Notes: a model not told the origin generated them from the letters alone. DNA of 32,000 nucleotides from Candidatus Saccharimonadota bacterium (GCA_016700015.1 CP064995.1:570001-602000); one strand, 5' to 3'; shown: positions 1 to 8,724, numbered from the stretch's first letter. A program made the numbers and translations.

Positions 1-327
1 TGCCGTGCTTGCTTTTATTTGCACCGATGCAATCGACTGATACACCAAAAAACCAAGTAGTACCACTACCGTCATTACTCCGAGCAGGACTGAAGATAAC
101 TTTCGACGATGACGCCGTAGGTCATGGGCATGAACCCTGTGAGAACGTAGCTGTGAATGGGTTTCGCTGGCACTCGCAACATTTGATGCCAAACTTCCCG
201 TCAAGGTTCGATTACGACGAAAGGTATAGCGCTGTTCCAGTTCACTGTCCGTAGCACGTGTCTGACGAATCGAAGCCTGACTGCTTCGCCTTACAGATAG
301 CTGTTGTTTTTTTCGCAATAGATTCAT
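1..327 (-). CDS. FtsQ/DivIB-like cell-division protein, N-terminal part only (gene runs off the window start)
   Basis: Absent from the ORF track because no stop lies in the window. My translation from ATG 327..325 is MNLLRKKQQLSVRRSSQASIRQTRATDSELEQRYTFRRNRTL...RRHRRKLSSVLLGVMTVVVLLGFLVYQSIASVQIKASTA. That is a basic cytoplasmic tail plus one TM helix, open to nt 1 (109 codons). It sits directly downstream of murG, where ftsQ normally lies in dcw clusters. Confidence 0.5.
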   Translation of the reverse strand, partial: MNLLRKKQQLSVRRSSQASIRQTRATDSELEQRYTFRRNRTLTGSLASNVASASETHSQLRSHRVHAHDLRRHRRKLSSVLLGVMTVVVLLGFLVYQSIASVQIKASTA

Positions 328-365
328 ACCGCTAGTGGTAGTATACCACCCCTTGTGCTTGCATA

Positions 366-1529
366 CTAACTCTGGTTTTTGACTGCAGCTAGCACTAGGA
401 GAGCCATATCACGCGCCGCGTGTGGTTTGGCAAATTCGCTAAATACCTGCGCCATCACCCGCTGCCGAGAACTGTCAGCGAGGATATTCATGATTTCATC
501 GTAGAGTAATTCTGGGCGAGCTTCGAGTTCATTTTCATCTATGATACTGACGGCGTTTTTCTCTGCGTATACCGCAGCGTTTTTGAGTTGGTGACCACCG
601 GTTAAGTAGCCATTTGGCACAAGGATCGTCGGCTTGGCCAAGGCCGCAAGTTCAAGGATTGTCGTCGCTCCAGCTCTTGCCACTACTACATCGGCCGCAC
701 CAAGCATGTCCGCCATCCCCTTACTGACGAAAGAGTGTAGCTGATATCGCTCATCATTTTGCGGCGTAAGTGCCCGCATTTCATCATACTGCCCTTCCCC
801 ACTAATCAGAATCACATTTGTCCGAGCTAGCAATAATTGCAGCTGCTCGGCAACAGCATCGTTAAGGCGTTTAGCGCCAAGTCCACCACCCGTCACCACC
901 ACAAGTGGACGTTCGGCCGTAAAGCCCAGCTGTTGCTTTATTCTGCGACGCCGCTCAGCTGAGTAGGGCGTAAACTCTGCCACTACCGGTACGCCGACAT
1001 AATGAGAAATTTTTGTTGGATATGAATAAAATTTCAGGGGCGCCCCTGTACCGATAGCTGTAGCCCATTTGGCCAACATGCGATTCGTAAGGCCAGGATG
1101 CGCATCGGAGTCATGAATCACCAGGGGTATGCCCAGTAGTTTAGCAGCTAGGCCAATCGGCAAGCAGACAAAGCCACCCTTCGTAAACACGACATCAGGC
1201 CGCCATAGCAGAAGTTTTATACTACTCTGTACCAACCCCACCCCAACCAGTACCATATCGCGTAGGTTTGGCAATACAATCCCACGCAGGTTGCGCAGTT
1301 GTTGCCAGAGTGTCAGTGAATGATATCGTCGTAATTTGCCGCTAATAATTGTGTCAATACGAATTGAATCATCAAAATGCCCCATAACACTGCGCGCCGA
1401 ACCGGCAAATTTACGGTCGCACCAAAATCTCACCTCCGCGTCAGGGACGCGCTGCTTAAGCTCTCGTAAAACCGCGACGACTGGGGTGACGTGACCCCCC
1501 GATCCGCCGCCGGCTGCTAGAATTCTCAT
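366..1529 (-). CDS. murG: MurG, UDP-GlcNAc:lipid I N-acetylglucosaminyltransferase
   Basis: 387 aa. N-terminal MRILAAGGGSGGHVTPVVAV glycine-rich loop typical of MurG, a GT28 C-terminal half (VVTGGGLGA...ARAGATTILELAALAKPTILVP) and dcw context. GGAG lies 7 nt upstream of the ATG. Confidence 0.93.
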   Translation of the reverse strand: MRILAAGGGSGGHVTPVVAVLRELKQRVPDAEVRFWCDRKFAGSARSVMGHFDDSIRIDTIISGKLRRYHSLTLWQQLRNLRGIVLPNLRDMVLVGVGLVQSSIKLLLWRPDVVFTKGGFVCLPIGLAAKLLGIPLVIHDSDAHPGLTNRMLAKWATAIGTGAPLKFYSYPTKISHYVGVPVVAEFTPYSAERRRRIKQQLGFTAERPLVVVTGGGLGAKRLNDAVAEQLQLLLARTNVILISGEGQYDEMRALTPQNDERYQLHSFVSKGMADMLGAADVVVARAGATTILELAALAKPTILVPNGYLTGGHQLKNAAVYAEKNAVSIIDENELEARPELLYDEIMNILADSSRQRVMAQVFSEFAKPHAARDMALLVLAAVKNQS

Positions 1530-2775
1530 ATCTAGGCTCCATTATAGTACTGTGTGACGTAAACTGCGAGAGCTGGTAGACGAGCCCGAGTGCACCGGCC
1601 ACAAACACCATGCTTGTACCGCCAAAACTGAGTAGCGGCAGCGTGATGCCGGTAAGCGGCACGAGGCCGATCATTGATGCGACATTTAGCACCACATGCG
1701 CCGCCAGCCATCCAAAAACTCCAGCAACAGCCAGTTTCATAGTCATATCAGTCAACCTATCAGCAATCCGTAAAATGCGCAGTAACAGCGCTCCGAACAA
1801 GCCTAAAATCACCGTTACGCCGACAAAACCAAAGATTTCGCCCATAATAGCAAACACTGAATCATTAATCGCTTCAGGTAAATAGCCGGTTGCCTGTATA
1901 CTATTACCGATCCCTAGCCCCACTAAACCCCCCGTACCGAGAGCAATCATAGCATTTTTAATATGATAGTTACTGTCGTCGGCTGCTGCATGCGAACTGT
2001 CGGTTGCTTTGTCGCCCATCAGAAATGTCGTTAGGCGCTCGCGACGATGTGGCACAAATACAATTAGCAGCACTCCGATCATCATGGCGATTGCCAACAT
2101 TTGTAACAACAACTTCCAGCTCATTCCGCTCATTGTTAACATCGCACCGACAATCGAACTAAACGCAATACCAGTTCCCATGTCTTTTTGGAGTACGACG
2201 ACGATAAATAATATCAGTCCGGTAATACCAACCACTGGCAGCACTGTCCTTTCGATATTATTGATCGCTCCCTCGCTGCTACGCTTACTAAGGAAGACCG
2301 CAAGGTAAATCAGCAGCGCAATCTTCAGCACCTCGGCTGGTTGAAAGCCTCCCAGCGGACCCAAATTAAACCATCGGTATGCTCCAAGAGTGTTGGTGGC
2401 AATCGCATCGATATGCAGCAAATTGCCGGCAACAAATAGTAAGGCAACGAGTCCTAGCCCAATCTGCATCAACTTCATGGCGTAGCGTTTTATGACTGCA
2501 AACGGTACTTTACTCAGAACAACAAAAGCCGCTATAGCTGCCGTCAGACTAACCGCCTGCTTAACAACAAAGTAGGTATCGGTATAAAAGTCAGTGTTGT
2601 GAACCTTATTCAGAACATTGGCGCGCTGTGGCCCGATAGCATACATGAGTATCAGCCCCAAAAGCATCAATAGCCCCATAAAAAGTACGATTTGGTAGTC
2701 TGGCCGATGCCGCCGCTGCAAGCCCTCGCTCACCTTAGTAGACACACGGCCTGCTTGACGACGTGCTCGCTCCAC
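1456..2775 (-). CDS. ftsW: FtsW/RodA-family SEDS peptidoglycan polymerase
   Basis: 439 aa with about 10 TM segments and SEDS-like motifs (PAEVLKIALLIYLA, QKDMGTG, LPEAINDSVFA, PLLSFGGTSM). It lies between mraY and murG. The GTG start overlaps the mraY stop (TAGTG). Confidence 0.9.
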   Translation of the reverse strand: MERARRQAGRVSTKVSEGLQRRHRPDYQIVLFMGLLMLLGLILMYAIGPQRANVLNKVHNTDFYTDTYFVVKQAVSLTAAIAAFVVLSKVPFAVIKRYAMKLMQIGLGLVALLFVAGNLLHIDAIATNTLGAYRWFNLGPLGGFQPAEVLKIALLIYLAVFLSKRSSEGAINNIERTVLPVVGITGLILFIVVVLQKDMGTGIAFSSIVGAMLTMSGMSWKLLLQMLAIAMMIGVLLIVFVPHRRERLTTFLMGDKATDSSHAAADDSNYHIKNAMIALGTGGLVGLGIGNSIQATGYLPEAINDSVFAIMGEIFGFVGVTVILGLFGALLLRILRIADRLTDMTMKLAVAGVFGWLAAHVVLNVASMIGLVPLTGITLPLLSFGGTSMVFVAGALGLVYQLSQFTSHSTIMEPRYENSSSRRRIGGSRHPSRRGFTRA

Positions 2776-3803
2776 TACACATGACCCCCAGCAAGTGCCA
2801 GGAGTAGACCAACGAAGCCAGCGACACAGCCAATCACCCAGAATCGCATAGTCACCTTCACTTCTGGCCAGCCGAGCGCTTCTAGGTGATGGTGGATCGG
2901 TGCAGAAATGAAAATTTTTCGATGAAAGAACTTTTTGCTTATCATTTGCAACAGGCTTGAGCCAGCCTCGATTACGAAGATAACCCCCACAATCGGTAGA
3001 AGGAACAGGGTGTTTGTAAGCATTGCGATCACGCCGAGACTAGTACCGAACGCAAAGCTGCCTACATCACCCATCATGAAGCGCATCGGGTAAATATTGA
3101 ACCATAGGTAGCTTAACAGTGCACCAACCGCCGTAAAGCAAAACCCAGCAATCATTTGATGTCCTTGCAAAAGTGCGATTACTCCAAACACAGCATACGC
3201 GATTGAAAGCAACCCCCCCGCCAGTCCATCTAGCCCATCACTAATATTTACAGCATTGCTAGTAGCTACTACCGCCAGCACAAATAGTGGCACAATCCAC
3301 GCACCAAGCATAAAGTCACCAGCAAAGGGAATGTGGATCGCATCATATCCTAACTTGACATAGAAAAACCAACCAAGTGCCAAACTAAGTCCGATGATCA
3401 TTGCGAATTTTATACTTGACCTAAGCCCCGCTACGCCAGTGCCGGCGCCACGGATATTTATCAGATCGTCCAGCAATCCCACAAAGCCCCCACCAAGCAG
3501 CGCCGCAAGCGGTAGCCAGGTCTGTGCTCTATCGAGATTAAACACATAGGTCACAACCGCAATTGCCGTAATACCAATCACTCCCGCCATTGTCGGTACG
3601 GTACCGCTGAATTTGTTGGCATGAAGTTTGGTGAATACTTCTAACTTTTCGCCAAGCGTACTCGTGACACGCTGCTTCTTCCAAAATTTATAGCGATAAG
3701 CGAAGTAGGTGTAGATAGGTGTCAAAACCATTGCGAGCAGAAATGCGCCAACACTGAGCATGAACGTGGCATTCATTTCGGTAGTAAAGTTATGTATGTT
3801 CAT
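2775..3803 (-). CDS. mraY: MraY, phospho-N-acetylmuramoyl-pentapeptide transferase
   Basis: 342 aa polytopic membrane protein with MraY motifs (GLLDDLINI, NAVNISDGLDGLAGG, GDVGSFAFG, APIHHHLE). Confidence 0.93.
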   Translation of the reverse strand: MNIHNFTTEMNATFMLSVGAFLLAMVLTPIYTYFAYRYKFWKKQRVTSTLGEKLEVFTKLHANKFSGTVPTMAGVIGITAIAVVTYVFNLDRAQTWLPLAALLGGGFVGLLDDLINIRGAGTGVAGLRSSIKFAMIIGLSLALGWFFYVKLGYDAIHIPFAGDFMLGAWIVPLFVLAVVATSNAVNISDGLDGLAGGLLSIAYAVFGVIALLQGHQMIAGFCFTAVGALLSYLWFNIYPMRFMMGDVGSFAFGTSLGVIAMLTNTLFLLPIVGVIFVIEAGSSLLQMISKKFFHRKIFISAPIHHHLEALGWPEVKVTMRFWVIGCVAGFVGLLLALAGGHV

Positions 3804-3818
3804 TGCTCTATTATACCT

Positions 3819-5564
3819 CTATTCTTTGGGTGTTAGTTGCAAATAATCAAGCAGCCAGTTGGATAGCTCGTTAAATATTGGCATAGCATGGGCATTACCC
3901 GAAAGATTCATGTCTTTGCCTGCCACTTCGACCATAATGACATAGCTCGGTTTGGCTCCCTTTTCGCCACCAAATCCAAGGTAGGTGCCGATTGTCTCTG
4001 TGCTAACATATTTGCCGTTTTTGAGCGTCTGCGAGGTGCCGGTTTTACCACCAACATAGTAGCCGGGTTTGTCGGTTTTGCTGTAAAAAGCCTGGCGCGC
4101 TTTATACACCATCTCGTGCACTGTCGCCGATGAGGCTGCACTGATCACCCCGGGGTATTGTGGTTTTGCCATCGCAGCATGGTAGTTTCCCTCCTGATCA
4201 ATCGTGCCACCGATGATTGACGGCGCATAGTACGTACCGCCGTTGACGAGCGCACTAAAACCACTGGCAACTTGCAGCATTGTCACATCCATCCCCTGTC
4301 CAAACGCCATATTGCTGTAGCGCACCGCATTCCCCTGCTCTTCGTCTGGCGAAACTACCACACCCTTGGCTTCATTGGCAAGCTCGATACCCGTCAACTG
4401 ACCAAGCCGCAACCGATTATGGAAGTAGTCGTACATTGTTTCACGCGCGCCCCTAGTAATCGATCCACCATCACCAAGCCGTTGGGCAATCGTTACCATA
4501 CCGGTGTTCAGCGACCAGTTCAGGGCGTGCTGCATGGTAATCATGCCAGTCTGGCCCTTACTAGCATTGCTGACGGTAATATCATCGATCTTTATGTAGT
4601 CGGTGTTGTTATAGGTTGATTCAGGTGTAATCACACCCTTGTCTATGCCTGTTGCAACCGTGAATGTTTTAATGTCAGAACCCGGTTCATAAGGGTTACT
4701 AACGGTATCGTTATTGAAAGCTGCGGCATTAGTTACCTCATTTAGTTTGCCCGGGTCGTAAGTCGGTAAATTTGCCATTGCGAGTACCTTGCCGTTCGTT
4801 GGATTCATGACGATCACACTAAGCTGCGTCGCCCCAGTACGCTGTGCGCCTTCAAGAAGTGCTTTTTCAGCTTCGGCCTGAATATTGCGATCAATAGTCA
4901 ATACCAAATTGTCACCATCTTTTGCCGGCTTATTAATATTTTTATCACCCACCGTGAGCGGTACCAGGCGTACGTCAGTGACAGTTTTTAACAACCCGTT
5001 CTGGCCGCTCAATCGATCGTTATTGGCTTGCTCGATCCCATACTTCCCCAGCCCTTCCGCGTCCACAAACCCAAGCACTTGGCTCGCAAGCTGACCTTCG
5101 GGGTAGACACGCTGGCTTACAGCGTCAAAACCAACCCCAGCAAGATTTTTTTTCTTCAATAACTCAGCCTGCGCTCTCGACACTTTTGTTGCGAGTACTT
5201 GGTAGCGTGTGCCGCTGCGGTCTATATACTGCGCAAAGTCTTTGCGCGTATTGCCACCCGCTACACTATTTAATGCGTCGACAATCGCCTGTTTGTCATC
5301 CACTTGTACCGGGTCAACCCACACAGTATATACCGTCTCGTTCATCACGAGTCTGACTGGCGTCGAACCTTCCATGGCATAAATTTCACCGCGTTTAGCG
5401 CGCAGAGTAAACTGCTTAATCTGTTCGCTATCGGCTTGTGCTACATAGTAATTATGTTGAATAACTTGTATATAAAAAAGTCGCACCACAAAAAGTGCCA
5501 GTATGATGGCTATGACAATCGCCAGTCCCCTAGCGCGGCTTTTTGGGGTAAAATGAAGTTCCAT
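3819..5564 (-). CDS. ftsI: Class B penicillin-binding protein (FtsI/PBP2-type transpeptidase)
   Basis: 581 aa with an N-terminal TM anchor, a PBP dimer domain and transpeptidase motifs (SDIKTF as an SxxK variant, SNAS as an SxN variant, KTGTS as KTG). dcw context. Confidence 0.9.
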   Translation of the reverse strand: MELHFTPKSRARGLAIVIAIILALFVVRLFYIQVIQHNYYVAQADSEQIKQFTLRAKRGEIYAMEGSTPVRLVMNETVYTVWVDPVQVDDKQAIVDALNSVAGGNTRKDFAQYIDRSGTRYQVLATKVSRAQAELLKKKNLAGVGFDAVSQRVYPEGQLASQVLGFVDAEGLGKYGIEQANNDRLSGQNGLLKTVTDVRLVPLTVGDKNINKPAKDGDNLVLTIDRNIQAEAEKALLEGAQRTGATQLSVIVMNPTNGKVLAMANLPTYDPGKLNEVTNAAAFNNDTVSNPYEPGSDIKTFTVATGIDKGVITPESTYNNTDYIKIDDITVSNASKGQTGMITMQHALNWSLNTGMVTIAQRLGDGGSITRGARETMYDYFHNRLRLGQLTGIELANEAKGVVVSPDEEQGNAVRYSNMAFGQGMDVTMLQVASGFSALVNGGTYYAPSIIGGTIDQEGNYHAAMAKPQYPGVISAASSATVHEMVYKARQAFYSKTDKPGYYVGGKTGTSQTLKNGKYVSTETIGTYLGFGGEKGAKPSYVIMVEVAGKDMNLSGNAHAMPIFNELSNWLLDYLQLTPKE

Positions 5565-5566
5565 AA

Positions 5567-5917
5567 CTATTCGCTGACGCGTTGAACATCGGTCGGAGTG
5601 GTCATATTTTTCGCAACACTGCTGTTTTTGACTGCTTGTAGTGCCGTCAATCGAGCATTCTCAACTTCAAGGTCTTTTTTCTGCTCCGTCAGTGCCGATA
5701 TTTTATCAGTAATGTCGCTGGCAGCATAGTCATAGCCTGAAGCCCTCGTTGCCTGGGTTAGATAAATCAGACCCAGTACGGTAATCATTAGTGCCACGAG
5801 CACCGTATGAGTCACCGGACCAAGCTTGACAGCCGACACAAACTGAACCGTATTTTGATTACGCGACCAGTTTGTCGTGCGCCGATTGGTAAATTGTGCG
5901 GTACGTGTATAAGACAT
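5567..5917 (-). CDS. FtsL-like small bitopic division protein
   Basis: The track ORF 5567..6016 begins with TTG and has no SD. The internal ATG at 5917 gives 116 aa: MSYTRTAQFTNRR..., a TM helix (VTHTVLVALMITVLGLIYL) and a coiled coil (ISALTEQKKDLEVENARLTAL). This matches FtsL architecture and its position between rsmH and ftsI. The start codon is uncertain. Confidence 0.55.
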   Translation of the reverse strand: MSYTRTAQFTNRRTTNWSRNQNTVQFVSAVKLGPVTHTVLVALMITVLGLIYLTQATRASGYDYAASDITDKISALTEQKKDLEVENARLTALQAVKNSSVAKNMTTPTDVQRVSE

Positions 5918-6113
5918 GTGGTGGATTGTTTGTTTTAGTGTTTGTATTGGTGGAGTGTCGGCCCGCGTGGCCCTATTGCCGTATTGGGGCCGACCTCCAT
6001 GCGCGCATGAACTCAAAAACTATTTGAAGCGAACTTCTACTTTGAATTCCTGTGACGCGTTTTGTACTGGGATGTGTACTGGCATTGCCGTTACCGTCCC
6101 CTTTCTTTGGTGT

Positions 6114-7004
6114 TTATTTTTTCACAGCGGCGCGGAGTTTGGCGCTCCTAGCGCGCGGGTTGTGAACATCATTAGTGTCGCCGGCGATCGGTTTTTTGGT
6201 CAGTAGTTGGAGTTCCGATTCGTAGCCAGCAGCATGTTGCTCCGCGAAGTAGCGCTTCACGATGCGGTCCTCCAGGCTGTGAAAGCTAATGACGCCTACC
6301 CTTCCGCCCTGTTTTAGGAGCTTCGGGAGCAGCGGCATGATCTCACGAACCTGGCGGAGCTCATCGTTGACGCATATGCGAAAGGCCTGAAAGGTGCGTG
6401 TCGCTGGGTGGGTTTTTTGCCACTTGCCGACATGGGCGCGCTGTATTACTTCGGCGAGTTCTCCTGTGGTGTGCAGTGGCCGAGCGGCGATAATTGCGTC
6501 GGCATACCGCTGTGCAGTACGCGTTGGCTCTTCGCCATACTCTTTTAGAAAATGGATTAATGTTGTGCGTGTTGCAGTATTAATCAGCGTCCCAGCCGTT
6601 TGGCCTTGGCGCTGATCCATTCTCATATCGAGTGGACCACTTCTTGTAAAGGAAAATCCTCGCTCGGGTAAATCGAGCTGTGGTGATGACACCCCCAAGT
6701 CAAGTAATATCAAACTAAATTGTCTGCCGTCTTCGACGAGCTGTTTGGCAGCTGCCAGAAAATCGGTAGAAAGTACCTGCACTCCCTTGTCTTTTAGGTC
6801 ATGAAGCGTGCTGGTAGCATGCTCATCACGGTCGACAAGAACAGAGTCAGTATAGTTAGTGGTTTGGGCCAGGACTTTCCGCGCGTGACCGCCATACCCC
6901 GCCGTCAAGTCGAGATAATTCTCGCCTGATTGGGGCTGCAGCACCGCCAGTACGTCATCGCACAAAACCGGAACATGAAGTGGTGGATGTTCTTTGATAC
7001 TCAT
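6114..7004 (-). CDS. rsmH: RsmH (MraW), 16S rRNA m4C1402 methyltransferase
   Basis: 296 aa with HVPVL, DLTAGYGGHA, LLDLGVSSPQLD, GFSF and ISFHSLEDRIVK, all classic RsmH motifs. It is the first gene of the dcw cluster. Confidence 0.93.
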   Translation of the reverse strand: MSIKEHPPLHVPVLCDDVLAVLQPQSGENYLDLTAGYGGHARKVLAQTTNYTDSVLVDRDEHATSTLHDLKDKGVQVLSTDFLAAAKQLVEDGRQFSLILLDLGVSSPQLDLPERGFSFTRSGPLDMRMDQRQGQTAGTLINTATRTTLIHFLKEYGEEPTRTAQRYADAIIAARPLHTTGELAEVIQRAHVGKWQKTHPATRTFQAFRICVNDELRQVREIMPLLPKLLKQGGRVGVISFHSLEDRIVKRYFAEQHAAGYESELQLLTKKPIAGDTNDVHNPRARSAKLRAAVKK

Positions 7005-7612
7005 ACACCCCTATTGTAACCGTAATTCGACAAGGTGTCGACGTATGATATACAAGTAGCGGTGTTTCGAGATCACCAAACTGGTAGCAAGCCTTGTATG
7101 TTTGTTTTCGCATGGTAATGTTTGTTTTTGATAAGTTGTCAGTCGCAGCCGACGGGGTCTGCAAAGCAGAGCATAATCCGATTCTTGCGACTATTGAGAG
7201 ACTTATGTGTGAGGTGGAGTTTTTTGGGAGGTGTTGTGTTAGAGGAAGGAACATTCGACTAGGTTTAGTGTGGGTCGATAAACCACTGACTCACTACCAG
7301 ATTGCTGATCTCGAGGATATCGTTTACTGATTGATTTGTTAAGGTCCTGTCCTTTGGATAGATGGGTAAGCAAGCGAGTTCGGGAAGCGTCTAGGCTTCC
7401 CTTCTGACACTACATTCGTGCAATAGAGCAGCGCACTACCGTTTCTAGCTGGTATGCGATTTCGAGAATCTGCCCGAAGTATATCATTTGGTTTTTTTGT
7501 TGTGGTGTTTGTGTTGGCGGTACTTCCGCGTTTGCCACTGAGCTCATAATACGCGTTTCCGTCAATAATAAGCAATACCATTTTTTGACATTTTTTCTCA
7601 TTATGCTTTCGT

Positions 7613-7634
7613 TTATCCACAGTTTTGTGGATAA
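7613..7634. promoter_or_regulatory. Inverted pair of perfect DnaA boxes (TTATCCACA-gttt-TGTGGATAA)
   Basis: Read directly: TTATCCACA at 7613..7621 and its reverse complement TGTGGATAA at 7626..7634. Both match the 9-mer DnaA-box consensus 9/9. Confidence 0.5.
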
Positions 7635-7654
7635 GTCAAATTAGCAACAGATAC

Positions 7655-7694
7655 AAAAAATACCAGTTGCCTGGTAGGTGGTGTGGTATTTTTT
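7655..7694. terminator. Bidirectional intrinsic-terminator-like hairpin
   Basis: AAAAAA-TACCAG-ttgc-CTGGTA-ggtggtg-TGGTA-TTTTTT. On the minus strand the hairpin TACCAG/CTGGTA is followed directly by T6. On the plus strand an outer ATACCA/TGGTAT stem is followed by T6. The stems are short. Confidence 0.45.
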
Positions 7695-7718
7695 GCTATA
7701 GCACTGACGTGTTATTGA

Positions 7719-7847
7719 CTATTTAGCAAACTGGAGTGTCATCCATACTGCAAACAATATGCCGTACACAAGACAAGTTGAAACCAGTGACTTTACAGAT
7801 GGAGCTGTCGAAGCGCTATGAGGAAATGTTTGTTTTATCACTTTCAT
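7719..7847 (-). CDS. Candidate 42-aa hydrophobic small protein
   Basis: Below the ORF-track cutoff. My translation is MKVIKQTFPHSASTAPSVKSLVSTCLVYGILFAVWMTLQFAK, with one predicted TM segment at the C-terminus. The ATG lies 9 nt downstream of a perfect -10 box, and the terminator at 7655..7694 follows. It could instead be a noncoding sRNA. Confidence 0.35.
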   Translation of the reverse strand: MKVIKQTFPHSASTAPSVKSLVSTCLVYGILFAVWMTLQFAK

Positions 7848-7856
7848 GATACTTTC

Positions 7857-7885
7857 ATTATAGCACAAGATTGATATATTGTCAA
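7857..7885 (-). promoter_or_regulatory. Perfect-consensus sigma70 promoter (TTGACA-N17-TATAAT)
   Basis: The minus strand reads TTGACA (7885..7880), a 17-nt spacer atatatcaatcttgtgc, then TATAAT (7862..7857). Confidence 0.6.
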
Positions 7886-7893
7886 TATAGTGA

Positions 7894-8691
7894 TTAGTCT
7901 GCCACCACGCTACGGAACGCTTTTATCGCTCCGAGCGCCTCGATCATCCCATGGACTGCTACAACACCGCCAGGCAAGTGCCCACTCTGAAAATCGTGCT
8001 GATTGGCTTCGTCTTCTGGAGTAACCCGTATGCCAAAGAGTGGTCTCATGAGGCTGGCAAAGCTTGCCGTTTTGTCATCAAGCAAGATGATACGTCTTGC
8101 CACTGTCTGCAAATCAACTTCAGGTGACATGCTCGCAGGAAGATAAAAGCCATCGCCTTCCTCATACCATTTCATAATCTTAGCCGCTTTGTCCTTTTGG
8201 TTGCAGACATACGCCGGCAAATCGTCAAGGCCAGCTGCAGAGATTTTAGCTAACTGCCAAGCCTTTGCATCGGCCCATTTCTGATCATTGCGATCAGGTG
8301 ATGATGCGCCGTACGTAAACATTGCCAGCAGCATGTCTTCAGCCACCGCATAGTCTATAATCTTACGAGCATGCTTCATCAGCAAATCATGCCCTCGCCC
8401 TCGCTCGATAAAATCCCGCTCAACATTTGCCTGCCACGAATACCCAGTGCCTTCGAGTGAGTGGTTAATGAACCCGACGACATTATAGGACTCGCCGCTT
8501 CTCTTGGCTCGTTCATACTCATCATAGAGTTGTTTAGCAGTTAGCGGCGTGTTATAGGCTGTTGCCTCGACCGCGATCGAAAACGCACGCATAGTATCAA
8601 CGGCACATCGATCGACATCAAAGAAAATTGCATCAGGGATACGGAGCAATCGACGGCTTGCGCTAGTCGGGTTGGGTGCCAACTCTCTCAT
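7894..8691 (-). CDS. HAD-superfamily-like hydrolase (tentative)
   Basis: 265 aa. AIFFDVDRCAVDT resembles HAD motif I (hhhDxDxT, with Cys in place of Thr), and RIILLDDK resembles motif IV. I recognise no closer family. Confidence 0.45.
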   Translation of the reverse strand: MRELAPNPTSASRRLLRIPDAIFFDVDRCAVDTMRAFSIAVEATAYNTPLTAKQLYDEYERAKRSGESYNVVGFINHSLEGTGYSWQANVERDFIERGRGHDLLMKHARKIIDYAVAEDMLLAMFTYGASSPDRNDQKWADAKAWQLAKISAAGLDDLPAYVCNQKDKAAKIMKWYEEGDGFYLPASMSPEVDLQTVARRIILLDDKTASFASLMRPLFGIRVTPEDEANQHDFQSGHLPGGVVAVHGMIEALGAIKAFRSVVAD

Positions 8692-8724
8692 TAAGTATAT
8701 TTTACAACTATTACTCGAAAAAGT

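Noticed and set aside
205-213. GGTTCGATT, a tRNA T-loop-like motif
   Set aside because: The flanking bases cannot form a T-stem or the rest of a cloverleaf, and the motif lies inside the ftsQ-like coding frame.
9-254. 81-aa plus-strand ORF at the window start
   Set aside because: It lies antisense to the better-supported ftsQ-like reading frame that continues the dcw cluster. It has no SD and no recognisable motif.
6955-7330. ORFs 6955..7254 (-) and 7094..7330 (+) as possible mraZ
   Set aside because: Neither contains the duplicated MraZ DxxxR/KGR-type motifs. The 99-aa ORF overlaps the rsmH start, and both translations look random.
7381-7420. GUCAGAAGGGAAGCC segment on the minus strand, resembling SRP (4.5S) RNA helix 8
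   Set aside because: I could not build the conserved GNRA tetraloop, symmetric loop or closing helix around it, so the similarity is superficial. An Infernal scan is needed.
7339-7620. 93-aa and 63-aa minus-strand ORFs in the long noncoding gap; the segment MVLLIIDGNAYYE faintly recalls the N-terminus of 5'-3' exonucleases
   Set aside because: The resemblance is only about 8 residues. The rest is low-complexity (TANTNTTTKKPN), has no SD and uses atypical codons. I did not call it as a CDS. It may be a gene remnant.
7613-7634. The DnaA-box pair as the chromosomal origin (oriC)
   Set aside because: There are only two boxes, with no dnaA/dnaN nearby and no adjacent AT-rich unwinding element with repeated 13-mers. 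Gene orientation does not switch here: minus-strand genes lie on both sides.
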